Virus record (IMG/VR): IMGVR_UViG_3300046522_000748
Origin: a virus
Lineage: Duplodnaviria > Heunggongvirae > Uroviricota > Caudoviricetes
Strand: one strand, 5' to 3'
DNA: 64,000 bases
Positions 10,277-19,446 of this stretch are shown piece by piece. The notes beneath the pieces were generated by a model, which searched no databases, was not told the DNA's origin, and saw nothing but the letters and a program-made list of their open reading frames with translations. The position numbers and the translations under genes are program-made. The first letter of the stretch is position 1. Each line of letters begins with the position of its first letter.

Positions 10277-10729
10277 TTGCCATTTCTCCACTCGATTAAC
10301 AGCGATCACTACGGAACCTATCAGGCCCTTTGTGTCGGAATTGTAGACTATGGAAGATTGCTGCGCACTATGGGCGTTTCGGAGTATGAGCGGTGGTATT
10401 GGCGCTATGGCCCTCCTAAGTACTTTAATGCCTTTACGTCTATTACTTTGTATGATTACTTGGATAGCGACGGAAAATCCATGCACCTCGACCGTATGGC
10501 TATCTTTGTATCTACCAAAGAGGCGAACAAGGAATGGGATTCCAGAAATACTGCCTATGGAAGGGCCATCGGCGACAAACGAAAAAGACCATTCCCAGTC
10601 AGCACAACAGTTAAGGATATCGAAAAATGGCAAGCCAGTCTTCCTGCTGGAATACTGGTGCCAGAATGGATGAAAGAGTGTTCAACTCTCGAAGAACTCC
10701 GAATTGCTGACAGGAAAGCGCACGAATGA
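10277..10729 (+). CDS. hypothetical protein (possible TTG start)
   Basis: AAGGA 9 nt upstream of TTG. An ORF in another frame (10350..10673) was judged less protein-like. Confidence 0.3.
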   Translation: MPFLHSINSDHYGTYQALCVGIVDYGRLLRTMGVSEYERWYWRYGPPKYFNAFTSITLYDYLDSDGKSMHLDRMAIFVSTKEANKEWDSRNTAYGRAIGDKRKRPFPVSTTVKDIEKWQASLPAGILVPEWMKECSTLEELRIADRKAHE

Positions 10730-11016
10730 AGACGGCCAATGAGAGGTATCGATCCTCGAAGTCCTATCGGCAACGCTGGATTCTTCGTGAGTTGAATAAA
10801 ACAGGCCCAATCAGGGGTGATGATCCAGGTTTTGTGCTGGAGTTTGCTGAAGCGTGTTGTGCCAAGATTGAAGACGCGGCCAGTGGTACTAGATGTAGTC
10901 TACTCGATACCTATTTTCGGTATCTTCACAGCTTGGGGCAAATAAAGCGAGACATGCAGTGTGAGGCCACCAATGATGGTAAAATGCTGATTCATTGGTG
11001 GTACTCTACACATTAA
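10726..11016 (+). CDS. hypothetical protein (96 aa)
   Basis: ATGA overlap with the upstream gene. Confidence 0.35.
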   Translation: MKTANERYRSSKSYRQRWILRELNKTGPIRGDDPGFVLEFAEACCAKIEDAASGTRCSLLDTYFRYLHSLGQIKRDMQCEATNDGKMLIHWWYSTH

Positions 11017-11018
11017 AT

Positions 11019-11987
11019 TTATGCTTCGTCTAAAAGGTCAAAAGTACTATCTTCACTCTTCTTTTCAGAAAATAGCAGTGATCGAATTCCAAATCTATTT
11101 TTTGGTAAATCTAGCCAATTTACATTCGGGTTGACTTCTTTTAATTCGCTCAAAAATTCAACACCATTAATTACTTCCATTAAGTTTTTGTCCAGTTCTT
11201 CTAAATGCGTTCTAATCTCAAGGCATATATTTAATAACTCCTCGAATGGATGTTCACGATTTGTATTCAGGTTGATTTCAGCAATATTGATGTTTCGAAA
11301 AAATACAGCCAAATAAGAAATGTTGTCTAGGTTACGTATTGTCGCAATAGCCATCTTTTTGTTTATTTGAGTAAATGTCCCATCCTTGAATTCATTCAAG
11401 AGAACGTTTCGAACACTCACCATCAATACAGATACCATTTCTTTCCATTCATCGGTGGAAAAGTTATATGTATCAATATCTGTATTTCCGAATCGAACGG
11501 AGCTTATAGTATTTATTTCTTCATAAGATGCTGCTGCACTAACAAAAGAATCTGCTTGCTTTTCGCTAAGCTGTAATGGATTTAAGTTAATATATGAGTA
11601 GTTAAGAATCCCGGATAGTCGAGAAATCTTTCGTTCATCACCACTTTTGAATATTTTTTCTATAGCCGATCTTACATGACTTTCAACATCATTTGACATT
11701 GGTCGTGTAGTGGCTTGAGCAATTCTATAGATAATTGAAGGGATGTGTCCTGCCAATACACACGCATCGATATCTTCAATTGGAATGATGTGCCCGTATT
11801 TGTAATAATCAATCATCTGATTAACGTTGGATATCAGAGCATGATCCTCAGCGTCCAAGACTTCTTTCGATGAGATTATATTGTGCTGGGTGGATTTTAG
11901 AGCTTGTTCCAGGTGTTCAATATCGCAAGTTTTATAATATTCGGATTGAAGTATGTTTCGCAATTGTTTTACGTATAGTGATTTCAT
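11019..11987 (-). CDS. hypothetical protein, paralog 1 of a tandem pair, AT-rich (322 aa)
   Basis: Clear collinear similarity to ORF 12061..12978 (e.g. [60 protein letters not shown]). Confidence 0.55.
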   Translation of the reverse strand: MKSLYVKQLRNILQSEYYKTCDIEHLEQALKSTQHNIISSKEVLDAEDHALISNVNQMIDYYKYGHIIPIEDIDACVLAGHIPSIIYRIAQATTRPMSNDVESHVRSAIEKIFKSGDERKISRLSGILNYSYINLNPLQLSEKQADSFVSAAASYEEINTISSVRFGNTDIDTYNFSTDEWKEMVSVLMVSVRNVLLNEFKDGTFTQINKKMAIATIRNLDNISYLAVFFRNINIAEINLNTNREHPFEELLNICLEIRTHLEELDKNLMEVINGVEFLSELKEVNPNVNWLDLPKNRFGIRSLLFSEKKSEDSTFDLLDEA

Positions 11988-12060
11988 TTATTTATCCTTT
12001 GTTCTTTATTGTAAAATGAAAAGGCGAAGTCCTTAACAGCTTCGCCTCCTAGTTGGTCAA

Positions 12061-12978
12061 TCATTCAGGTCGAAACAGAGCCGCTATTATGTCCCTATCC
12101 AGTGTAGGCAAATTGAGCCAATCGACGTGTGGGTTTTTGGGTTCAAGTTCACTCACAAAACATATTTCTGGCTCAGCATTCGCTGTCGCCTTTGTATGTT
12201 CTGCCAAATATACTTTTATTCTGCCTATTATATCTGTAATTTCAGAAGCATACGAATCGGTTAAATCGATAGATGTGCTCACGAGCCTGTGGTTCTTGAA
12301 GTAAATATCAAGTTGACCTTCCCATGCCCTTAAATAGAGAATTTTATTTACGTCATAAGTTTTAGCCTCTACTTCATTGAGAGCATTTTCTCGAAGTGCC
12401 TGAAAAAGAGCTATGACAAACAATCTCCAATCAGAAATGGACATTTCATTAACATGTACATAGGTCTCCCCAATCAGTATTTGGGTAATTCCTTTTTCAT
12501 ACGATTGTGCTGCGGCTTCAAATATTCCGCTCTTTCCTGGCGAAAGACTTAAAGGGTTCCCCTCATAATCAATTGATTTCGTTAGGGTGTTTGACAGTCT
12601 GCTTATAATTTTCTTGTTATTACTTTTGAAGATTTTTGACATGGACTCTTTAATGGATTCCACTATTTCTGGAGACAGGCGATCAAATTTTGAAGCTTTA
12701 ATTGCATAATCAATTGCGGAGATGTACCCGCTCAGTACACATCTATCCAACAGGTCGGCTGGAAATGAATAACCGTATTTGTAAAAATTCACTCGATTAC
12801 GAGTGTAGATCAAGAAAACCTTATCTTCTTCATCAAGCTCCTCGCCACTTGAGGCAATATTTTCTTCAGTGGTGTTGATTGCTCTTTCTAGGAAATCAAG
12901 GTCTGATGTTTTAGCATACTGTGGATAAATCTGATCTTTTAATATTTTCACGTGTTTAGATATCATGTGTCGCTCCAT
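12061..12978 (-). CDS. hypothetical protein, paralog 2 of the tandem pair (305 aa)
   Basis: Paralogous to 11019..11987. Both are visibly more AT-rich than their neighbours. Confidence 0.55.
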   Translation of the reverse strand: MERHMISKHVKILKDQIYPQYAKTSDLDFLERAINTTEENIASSGEELDEEDKVFLIYTRNRVNFYKYGYSFPADLLDRCVLSGYISAIDYAIKASKFDRLSPEIVESIKESMSKIFKSNNKKIISRLSNTLTKSIDYEGNPLSLSPGKSGIFEAAAQSYEKGITQILIGETYVHVNEMSISDWRLFVIALFQALRENALNEVEAKTYDVNKILYLRAWEGQLDIYFKNHRLVSTSIDLTDSYASEITDIIGRIKVYLAEHTKATANAEPEICFVSELEPKNPHVDWLNLPTLDRDIIAALFRPE

Positions 12979-13078
12979 TGTTTTAGGTTAAATTATATAC
13001 CTCATCAGAAAGACTGCGCAATGCGCAAAGAGGCCAGCCGGGTTCCAGTCTTCTCGCTCACCTTGTTTGTCATTTTGA

Positions 13079-13107
13079 TTGACAGCTATCGCGCATATCG
13101 TTATAAT
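13079..13107 (+). promoter_or_regulatory. consensus sigma70 promoter (TTGACA-N17-TATAAT) for dcd
   Basis: TTGACA at 13079-13084, a 17-nt spacer, TATAAT at 13102-13107. Confidence 0.55.
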
Positions 13108-13140
13108 TTCCTCATAAATAAACAACTCACCGGATCGAAA

Positions 13141-13830
13141 ATGAGCATCAAGCCAGACAAGTGGATCAAACGACAGTGCATGACCCCCACCCATATTCGC
13201 CTGGATGGCGCCGGTAAGGCGCATTTCCACAATAGCGACCTTGGTTCTTTGCCGGTCGCCGAAACACTTTGGCACGAGGTTACTCCTGCTGAGCTTGAGC
13301 AATTCTGGCGTCCTATGATCGAGCCTTTCAACTCAGGTCAATGTCGCGGCAAGCCCGGCGAGCCATCAATCAGTTACGGCGTCAGCAGCTATGGCTACGA
13401 CGTTCGATGCACCAATAAATTCAAGGTGTTCACTAATATCAATTCGGCCACGGTCGATCCGAAAAATTTCAACCCAGAAAGCTTCGTGGACGTGGAGAGC
13501 GATGTCTGCATCATTCCTCCAAACTCGTTTGCGCTGGCCAGCACCGTTGAATATTTTCGGATTCCACGTAATGTCCTGACGATCTGCTTGGGGAAAAGCA
13601 CTTACGCTCGCTGTGGTATCATTGTAAACGTAACGCCACTTGAGCCGGAGTGGGAGGGTCATGTGACACTGGAGTTCTCCAACACCACGACTCTGCCTGC
13701 TAAAATTTATGCCAACGAAGGCGTTGCGCAGATGTTGTTTTTTGAGTCCGATGAAGAGTGCGAGGTTTCCTACAAGGATCGAAACGGAAAATATCAAGGT
13801 CAGCGCGGCGTGACGCTGCCAAAGGCTTAA
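13141..13830 (+). CDS. dcd: dCTP deaminase (dUTPase superfamily)
   Basis: The N-terminus resembles E. coli Dcd. Conserved trimeric dUTPase/Dcd blocks are present ([40 protein letters not shown]). The start is taken at MSIKPDKWI inside the longer track ORF. Confidence 0.7.
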   Translation: MSIKPDKWIKRQCMTPTHIRLDGAGKAHFHNSDLGSLPVAETLWHEVTPAELEQFWRPMIEPFNSGQCRGKPGEPSISYGVSSYGYDVRCTNKFKVFTNINSATVDPKNFNPESFVDVESDVCIIPPNSFALASTVEYFRIPRNVLTICLGKSTYARCGIIVNVTPLEPEWEGHVTLEFSNTTTLPAKIYANEGVAQMLFFESDEECEVSYKDRNGKYQGQRGVTLPKA

Positions 13831-13859
13831 GGTTTTTGATCTCAAACAAGGGTGACGGC

Positions 13860-14123
13860 ATGCTTAAGGGTCTTGTAAACGCGCTTGGATCGATTGGGGA
13901 AGGTTGGGCGAGCATCATGAATGCTTGTGCGGGCACCAGTCGCTTTGATGACTACAAACATCTGATGCCGCGTGGGCGTGACGTTAAGCTGCTGACGCCT
14001 GAAGAGGTTTTGAACGCTGATAAGACGGCGCTTCAGGGTGACCAAGGCGGTCTTGTTCAGTGGAAAGACATTGGGCAATGGAGTGATATCGGCAAGCAAT
14101 GGGGTGGCCGGGATGGCGACTGA
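13860..14123 (+). CDS. hypothetical small protein
   Basis: In-frame ATG (MLKGLVNA) within ORF 13758..14123. Confidence 0.3.
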   Translation: MLKGLVNALGSIGEGWASIMNACAGTSRFDDYKHLMPRGRDVKLLTPEEVLNADKTALQGDQGGLVQWKDIGQWSDIGKQWGGRDGD

Positions 14124-14670
14124 TGATCCGCTCTCTTATGTAGAGTGGGCCTTCTTGTCATGGGTGGCTGAGAGCCCTAAATCCCATTGTTTTTACATCA
14201 CGGCCAATAAGGTAATTTCGCAGTTCGAGTTCACCGCAGAAGCTGACAAGGCTGCACAGTCGTTGGTCAAGCGTGGCTTTTTCGATGCGACGAGTTATCG
14301 CTGCTACCGAATCAATAATGCTGGGCTGGGTGCCTTGAAGGACGCAGCAAAACCAGAATGGCAGACGCAAAATACTCCGGCATTCAGCGTCAATGAGCAT
14401 GTTGTGCTCAATTCCCTGTACGAGCGCGGTGCTGACTCGGAATGGAAAATGCTTACGTCGGTTGATGGGCTGAGTCGCGCAAAGCTGGTGTCCGCCTTGC
14501 AAGCGCTTGTTGCGCATGGTTTGGCCACGGCAACACCAAAGCCGGGCGCAGAGATTTACACACAGGAGAATGTACGCTGCCCTTCCCTGTTTAAGCATTC
14601 AAGGTTCGGTTGGCACTACATGCTGACCACTCACGGCGTTGAAAAGCTGTGTGAGCTGGATTTGGAATAA
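14113..14670 (+). CDS. hypothetical protein (start MATDDP)
   Basis: ORF 14038..14670; the start is placed so that it does not overlap the upstream gene. Confidence 0.4.
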   Translation: MATDDPLSYVEWAFLSWVAESPKSHCFYITANKVISQFEFTAEADKAAQSLVKRGFFDATSYRCYRINNAGLGALKDAAKPEWQTQNTPAFSVNEHVVLNSLYERGADSEWKMLTSVDGLSRAKLVSALQALVAHGLATATPKPGAEIYTQENVRCPSLFKHSRFGWHYMLTTHGVEKLCELDLE

Positions 14671-14711
14671 TTAACTTTCTGACAATGTGACAAATTAACG
14701 AGTATTCGATC

Positions 14712-15083
14712 ATGATTGGTGTTTTTCTGGATGACGAGCGCGTTCCAAGCGATGTCACTTGGGGTGTTTATCCGCAAGGTATCGTGTGGCGCATCGTTCG
14801 CAACTATGCGGAATTTGTGACGGCTGTTACTGAGCTTGGCAAAGATGAGTTCGTCATCAGCTTTGATCATGACCTTCAGGATTTCGACGCGGACGGCGCC
14901 GAAAAAACCGGTTACACCTGCATGAAAATGCTGGTAGACCTGTGCATCGATACAGGCGCGGAAATTCCTGTGTGTTTCTTCCACTCCAAAAACGGAATCG
15001 GTGGAGACAACATGGCTGGCTACTACCATAACGCGGTCAAACATTTTGGCCTGCGTCCAACTAAATTTGAGGATGAGAACTGA
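14712..15083 (+). CDS. hypothetical protein (123 aa)
   Basis: ORF; its stop abuts the next start. Confidence 0.4.
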   Translation: MIGVFLDDERVPSDVTWGVYPQGIVWRIVRNYAEFVTAVTELGKDEFVISFDHDLQDFDADGAEKTGYTCMKMLVDLCIDTGAEIPVCFFHSKNGIGGDNMAGYYHNAVKHFGLRPTKFEDEN

Positions 15084-15524
15084 ATGAAAGGCGCGGGCGG
15101 AACGGAAGGCGGTGTCGTTAAATTTCTTGTTGGCTTGATCATGATCGCAATCGGCGGCTACATGCTGCTCAACGCGATCCAGGTCACTTCCAGCTTTGGT
15201 CTGGGTTCACGCCTGTATGGCTTCAATGCCATGGGCAGCAACTATGGCCTCACCAGCGGCATGATCATGGTGCCCTTTATGTTTGGTGTGGGCATCATTT
15301 TCTATGACTACAAAAAATGGCTGGGCTGGGTGCTTGCTACAGGCTCCCTCGCCGCGCTGATCGTCGGTGTGATTTCGTCAATTCGTTTTACGTTCAGGAC
15401 GATGACATCTTTCGACCTGATCGTGATTTTGGTGCTGTTCGTGGGTGGAATCGGCCTATTTCTCAACTCATTGAAATCCGCCAAAATTGATGACAAAACG
15501 ACCAAGGAAGCTGGCGGAGCTTGA
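15084..15524 (+). CDS. small integral membrane protein (about 4 TM)
   Basis: Hydrophobic segments LVGLIMIAIGGYMLL, IMVPFMFGVGIIF, VLATGSLAALIVGVI and LIVILVLFVGGIGLF. Confidence 0.45.
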   Translation: MKGAGGTEGGVVKFLVGLIMIAIGGYMLLNAIQVTSSFGLGSRLYGFNAMGSNYGLTSGMIMVPFMFGVGIIFYDYKKWLGWVLATGSLAALIVGVISSIRFTFRTMTSFDLIVILVLFVGGIGLFLNSLKSAKIDDKTTKEAGGA

Positions 15525-15714
15525 AATGAGCCCGGTGAATTTCTACTTGGGTCTGGCGATGGTGCTGATGATTGGGTTTGTGGCAGGATACTTTGTTGCG
15601 CGCATGACTCAATCAAGCGGCCAGGGAAAGCAAGCGCCTCAAGTCCGTCGATCAGAACACCTGGGACGGGTCGCTTCAAGCCATCCGGCTCATGTCGCAA
15701 CCATTGATAATTAA
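15487..15714 (+). CDS. small single-TM protein
   Basis: Hydrophobic segment FYLGLAMVLMIGFVAGYFVA; overlaps the upstream gene. Confidence 0.3.
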   Translation: MMTKRPRKLAELEMSPVNFYLGLAMVLMIGFVAGYFVARMTQSSGQGKQAPQVRRSEHLGRVASSHPAHVATIDN

Positions 15715-15723
15715 GGGGTCAGC

Positions 15724-16116
15724 ATGACTGATAACACGTGTCCGGTATGTGAGGAAGGCTCACTCACTGAAGTGGTTTCGACCCATGAAGTCTCTCACAA
15801 GGGCCGATGCGGGGTTGTCGAGTCGTTTGGCGCAGTCTGTAGTTTCTGTGAGACCTATCAGGCTGGTGGTGATCATCTACGTGAAAATAAACACCGTATG
15901 CTTCGTTTTAAAGCGAGCATTGACTTCGGGCACAAGGCTGACGATATGCCAATGGATTTGCTGCGCGCCATTTATGATCGCAACCCGCATTTCTATGGCA
16001 TCCCTACCCATTTTTGGTCGATGAAGCTGAGCCGCACCCATGGAACATGTCGATTGCCGCGTGGGCTTTGGCGCCAGCAGTTTAAAATTGGCTGGAAAAA
16101 AGCCTCAAGCATGTAA
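15724..16116 (+). CDS. YgiT/MqsA-type zinc-finger protein
   Basis: N-terminal CPVCEEGSL...CSFC pairs are arranged as in the MqsA zinc ribbon. No MqsR-like partner is adjacent. Confidence 0.4.
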   Translation: MTDNTCPVCEEGSLTEVVSTHEVSHKGRCGVVESFGAVCSFCETYQAGGDHLRENKHRMLRFKASIDFGHKADDMPMDLLRAIYDRNPHFYGIPTHFWSMKLSRTHGTCRLPRGLWRQQFKIGWKKASSM

Positions 16117-16236
16117 ATTATCTGAAACAGTTTTGTAAAAAACGCCTCCATGTTCTGAATTGTCCAACAGCTTGTTGGACAAATTGTCTCTCTACGTCTT
16201 GAATCTCATCCTATATCGCCAATCACTTCTTTAAGG

Positions 16237-18009
16237 ATGTGCATTTTGGTCAGGATAAATGAATTTAAGACTTTGGGTCTTTTGGCGCTGACGGCGTGTT
16301 TTGCTTCCTCATCGAGTGCTGACTGGTATATCCCTGGAATCTCTGAGGGACTTAAGGTCATACATGAGGGCGGAAAAGTAATTGGTGTTATTGCTGGCGG
16401 CGCTGTGCAAGTTGTTGGCGGTGTGGTCGATGGTGCAGGTAAAATTATCGACGGAGCAGGTAAGGAGATCAGCATTTTTGGCCAGAACATCAACAGTGAA
16501 GGCAATATTGCAATCTCCAACGCCAGCCGAGAGTTTAACAAGGGGCTCTCCGACATCGCCAAGAATTTGGATATAGCTGGTCAGGACACCGAAAAAACGG
16601 TGGCCCAAGCGGGGAAAGATGTTGAGTCCAACATAGCGAAGTCTGGCAGAGATGTTGAGGACGCCGCGCATGCAGTCGGCACCTATGTGGATCGACAGAC
16701 TCAAAGCACCGTCAGAAATTACGAGAAAGCTTTCGACCGTATTCGTGAAGGGAAATTTGTGGATGCTGTTTGGCATGCCGCATTAGATCCGCTCAATGAT
16801 CAGCAAAAAAACATGGCTATGGCCTCCATGGAAAGTAGCCTCATTCGAACTGTTGGCCAGACTGCGGCGAGTGCCTATGGTGGCCCCCAAGGTGCCGCAG
16901 CTTATGCAGCATGGCTCACCTACCACCAAACGGGCGGAAACATCAATGCGGCGATCCAGGTTGGTTTAATCACTGGCATAACGGCGCAAGCTTACGGTGA
17001 TTTAAATAAGCACATGACAGTTAATGAATACAACATCTATCAAAAGACACTGGTCGTCTCTACGGTAGGCGCTGTGGGTGTTGCAGCGGCTGGCGGCTCG
17101 CCGGACGATATTAAAAACGGCTTCCTTGCGGCTGGCGCCATGGTGTTGGTTCAGGATCATTACAAGAATAAAACGAGCAAGGACTTGGGTAAGCAGAAAG
17201 AGTTACAGGAGTCACAGATGCCATCAAGGGATGGTTATCCCTATTGCACCACAGGCTATGCGGGAGCCTGTACGCCTGTGCCTGAAGATGCAATCCTGGA
17301 ACGCGGTAAAGACGGCCTTCCCTCCAAATTGGATCGGACGAAAATTGATGTTCGAGTGGATTCTGTCGGTGTACAGGGCAGCGCTGGCCTGGGTGGTGAA
17401 TTTTCTAAGCCCATGATAATTGCTTCCAAGATCCCTGGCGTACAAGGGATGTCAGTCATGCACGATCAGTGGGTTCTTGATTATCGCCTTGAGGGTGCTG
17501 CAATACCAACGACAATCGTACCCGCCATCATTGTCTACTACACGGGAACCGGAGCGCCGTACTACGATCTACAGCGTCAAACCGTAATTGAGAAAACGCT
17601 CAGGGCTCAGGTCAAGGCTGATGCTGGAAAAGCCCCTGAAGATCCAAGCGCACAGCTAACTCCTGAGCAGATTGCAGCCGTAAGTCCTGTAGTGAATGAG
17701 ACGAACTTCACTCGCCCAGATCCTACTTCCATCGTGGATTCGTATGTGTGCGCGCTTCCACAGACGGCCAATCAGATGGTGGTCGAGGAGTTTGACACAC
17801 CTAATCCATTTGTCTGCCGTGTGCTGTATCTCAACGGCGCCGCGCAAACTTCCAAGCCGATCTGGTATGCCCGGCATGAGACCGGCTTTTGCGCAAGGGA
17901 AGCCGCAAAGCTATCGAAAAAGCTGGAATGGCTGGGAATGAAGTGCATTCAACAGGATGGCAGCAAGAAGCTGCTGGCAGAGAGTAAGGTGGCTCAAGCC
18001 AGTCCTTAG
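16237..18009 (+). CDS. secreted protein with amphipathic repeats (590 aa)
   Basis: N-terminal signal peptide (LGLLALTACFASSSSA). The start codon is uncertain. Confidence 0.5.
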   Translation: MCILVRINEFKTLGLLALTACFASSSSADWYIPGISEGLKVIHEGGKVIGVIAGGAVQVVGGVVDGAGKIIDGAGKEISIFGQNINSEGNIAISNASREFNKGLSDIAKNLDIAGQDTEKTVAQAGKDVESNIAKSGRDVEDAAHAVGTYVDRQTQSTVRNYEKAFDRIREGKFVDAVWHAALDPLNDQQKNMAMASMESSLIRTVGQTAASAYGGPQGAAAYAAWLTYHQTGGNINAAIQVGLITGITAQAYGDLNKHMTVNEYNIYQKTLVVSTVGAVGVAAAGGSPDDIKNGFLAAGAMVLVQDHYKNKTSKDLGKQKELQESQMPSRDGYPYCTTGYAGACTPVPEDAILERGKDGLPSKLDRTKIDVRVDSVGVQGSAGLGGEFSKPMIIASKIPGVQGMSVMHDQWVLDYRLEGAAIPTTIVPAIIVYYTGTGAPYYDLQRQTVIEKTLRAQVKADAGKAPEDPSAQLTPEQIAAVSPVVNETNFTRPDPTSIVDSYVCALPQTANQMVVEEFDTPNPFVCRVLYLNGAAQTSKPIWYARHETGFCAREAAKLSKKLEWLGMKCIQQDGSKKLLAESKVAQASP

Positions 18010-18051
18010 CGGATGTATCGGCAAGCTGCCATTACCTGCGCAGCTTGCTGA

Positions 18052-18264
18052 TCAGTGAACGGTAGGAACCTTTGCGCCCATCAGCTTCAGCAGTGCCACA
18101 GTCGGCTCAGCAGGTGCGTCCAGGATCTCTTGCAGTCGATCCATCGCCTCATCAGAGAGCACGATTCTTTCAGAGTCGGATGGATCAAGGTGACCCATTC
18201 CCAGCTCCACATAGGTCACATCAGGATCACCTGCGACCGGCTTTTTATCTTTTTTACTGCTCAT
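18052..18264 (-). CDS. hypothetical small acidic protein
   Basis: 70-aa ORF in the gap between plus-strand genes, with a GAGA-type Shine-Dalgarno. Confidence 0.3.
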   Translation of the reverse strand: MSSKKDKKPVAGDPDVTYVELGMGHLDPSDSERIVLSDEAMDRLQEILDAPAEPTVALLKLMGAKVPTVH

Positions 18265-18428
18265 GAGGATTATCTCTTAAATTTAAATTTAAACTGGGTT
18301 GAATCATACCTATAGATAGAAAAAATGTCAATATGATTTTCAGATCGGCCGTCAAGGAGGAGACATCCACCGCTGGCCCACTTCAGGCCGTAGGCATGGA
18401 TTACCTAATGTTGCGCATGTCATTGTGA

Positions 18429-18457
18429 TTGACATCTGTGCAGCGGAGCCCTATACT
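18429..18457 (+). promoter_or_regulatory. sigma70 promoter (TTGACA-N17-TATACT)
   Basis: TTGACA at 18429-18434, TATACT at 18452-18457, followed by an AAGGAG Shine-Dalgarno (18474-18479) and ATG at 18489. Confidence 0.5.
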
Positions 18458-18488
18458 GGCACCATTCACACGCAAGGAGTGTTCCCCC

Positions 18489-18992
18489 ATGGAATTCAAT
18501 GTTGGCGATTCACCTGAATTGGCTGCATACATCTTGGCTTGTTTCACCAATGAGCCTGAAAAGCATCCCGATGTGTTGGCCAACCTGACTCGCACCTTGT
18601 GGAACAGCCTGAGCTATCGTGTGGCCAAGCCTTTTGAGGAAGGTGGAGCTGCCGAGATCATTTCAGGTACTGGCAAGCACTTCGTTTACGACAAGAAGAC
18701 CCAGCTGGTTTTCTTCAACATGAGCGGCGGCACTCATCAGTTGCTGATTTCTTATTTTGCTGCCTTGCACAAAACCGACTTTTCTAAAGACACCGATGGT
18801 TGGTTCACCGAGCATTTCATGGGGTGGAACGCTCAGGGCAAACTGGTTGATTACTACATCGGCTCCGGTTTGGGCCTGTTTGAATCAACAGTGGGTGGTA
18901 AGGATCGAATCTGGGCGTCTAGTGATATTGAGTTCAACTCAATGGAACGTCAGGTTTTCCGGCGTTTTGAGAAGTTCGATCCTAACGACTGA
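18489..18992 (+). CDS. hypothetical protein (167 aa, MEFNVGDSPE...)
   Basis: Strong Shine-Dalgarno plus promoter; internal start within the longer track ORF. Confidence 0.5.
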   Translation: MEFNVGDSPELAAYILACFTNEPEKHPDVLANLTRTLWNSLSYRVAKPFEEGGAAEIISGTGKHFVYDKKTQLVFFNMSGGTHQLLISYFAALHKTDFSKDTDGWFTEHFMGWNAQGKLVDYYIGSGLGLFESTVGGKDRIWASSDIEFNSMERQVFRRFEKFDPND

Positions 18993-19072
18993 TTAATCGT
19001 TAGTGGGGAAGCTTGTGCATTCCCAGCAATGACACGTATGCACTATCTCACTTAACAACAAGGTGACCAAGA

Positions 19073-19297
19073 ATGAATGATGAAGTAATTAAGGCTGAAT
19101 GCCTTCGACGGGATGCGTGCGATGATCACCTCGTTTACAGTATCTCGGTTGATTCGAGAACTTTCAAACTTGTATGGTCAAGCATTTCCTGGCAATCACT
19201 GATCCATGGTGAGCGTTATTGCATGGTGAAAAACGGGAACATTTTCAATTCTGCTGAAGAATGTCAAGCAGCGATAGCGCGAGCACTGAATCGCTGA
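19073..19297 (+). CDS. hypothetical small protein
   Basis: AAGGTGA Shine-Dalgarno before the ATG. Confidence 0.35.
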   Translation: MNDEVIKAECLRRDACDDHLVYSISVDSRTFKLVWSSISWQSLIHGERYCMVKNGNIFNSAEECQAAIARALNR

Positions 19298-19446
19298 TTT
19301 TATGTCCTAGGGGCTTCCAGTGGGCCGCGTCTGCTGGAGGCTTTCTATAATTGATAGTGAAGTTAATCTTCATCTAAATGTCATTATAATGTCACATTAA
19401 AATCGTACCATACATTAAGTATTACCTTTTCTATTAGGGGCTTAGT

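Noticed and set aside
10350-10673. Alternative-frame ORF (107 aa) overlapping 10277..10729
   Set aside because: Less protein-like composition (Leu/Cys/Trp runs). The other frame continues the translationally coupled gene run.
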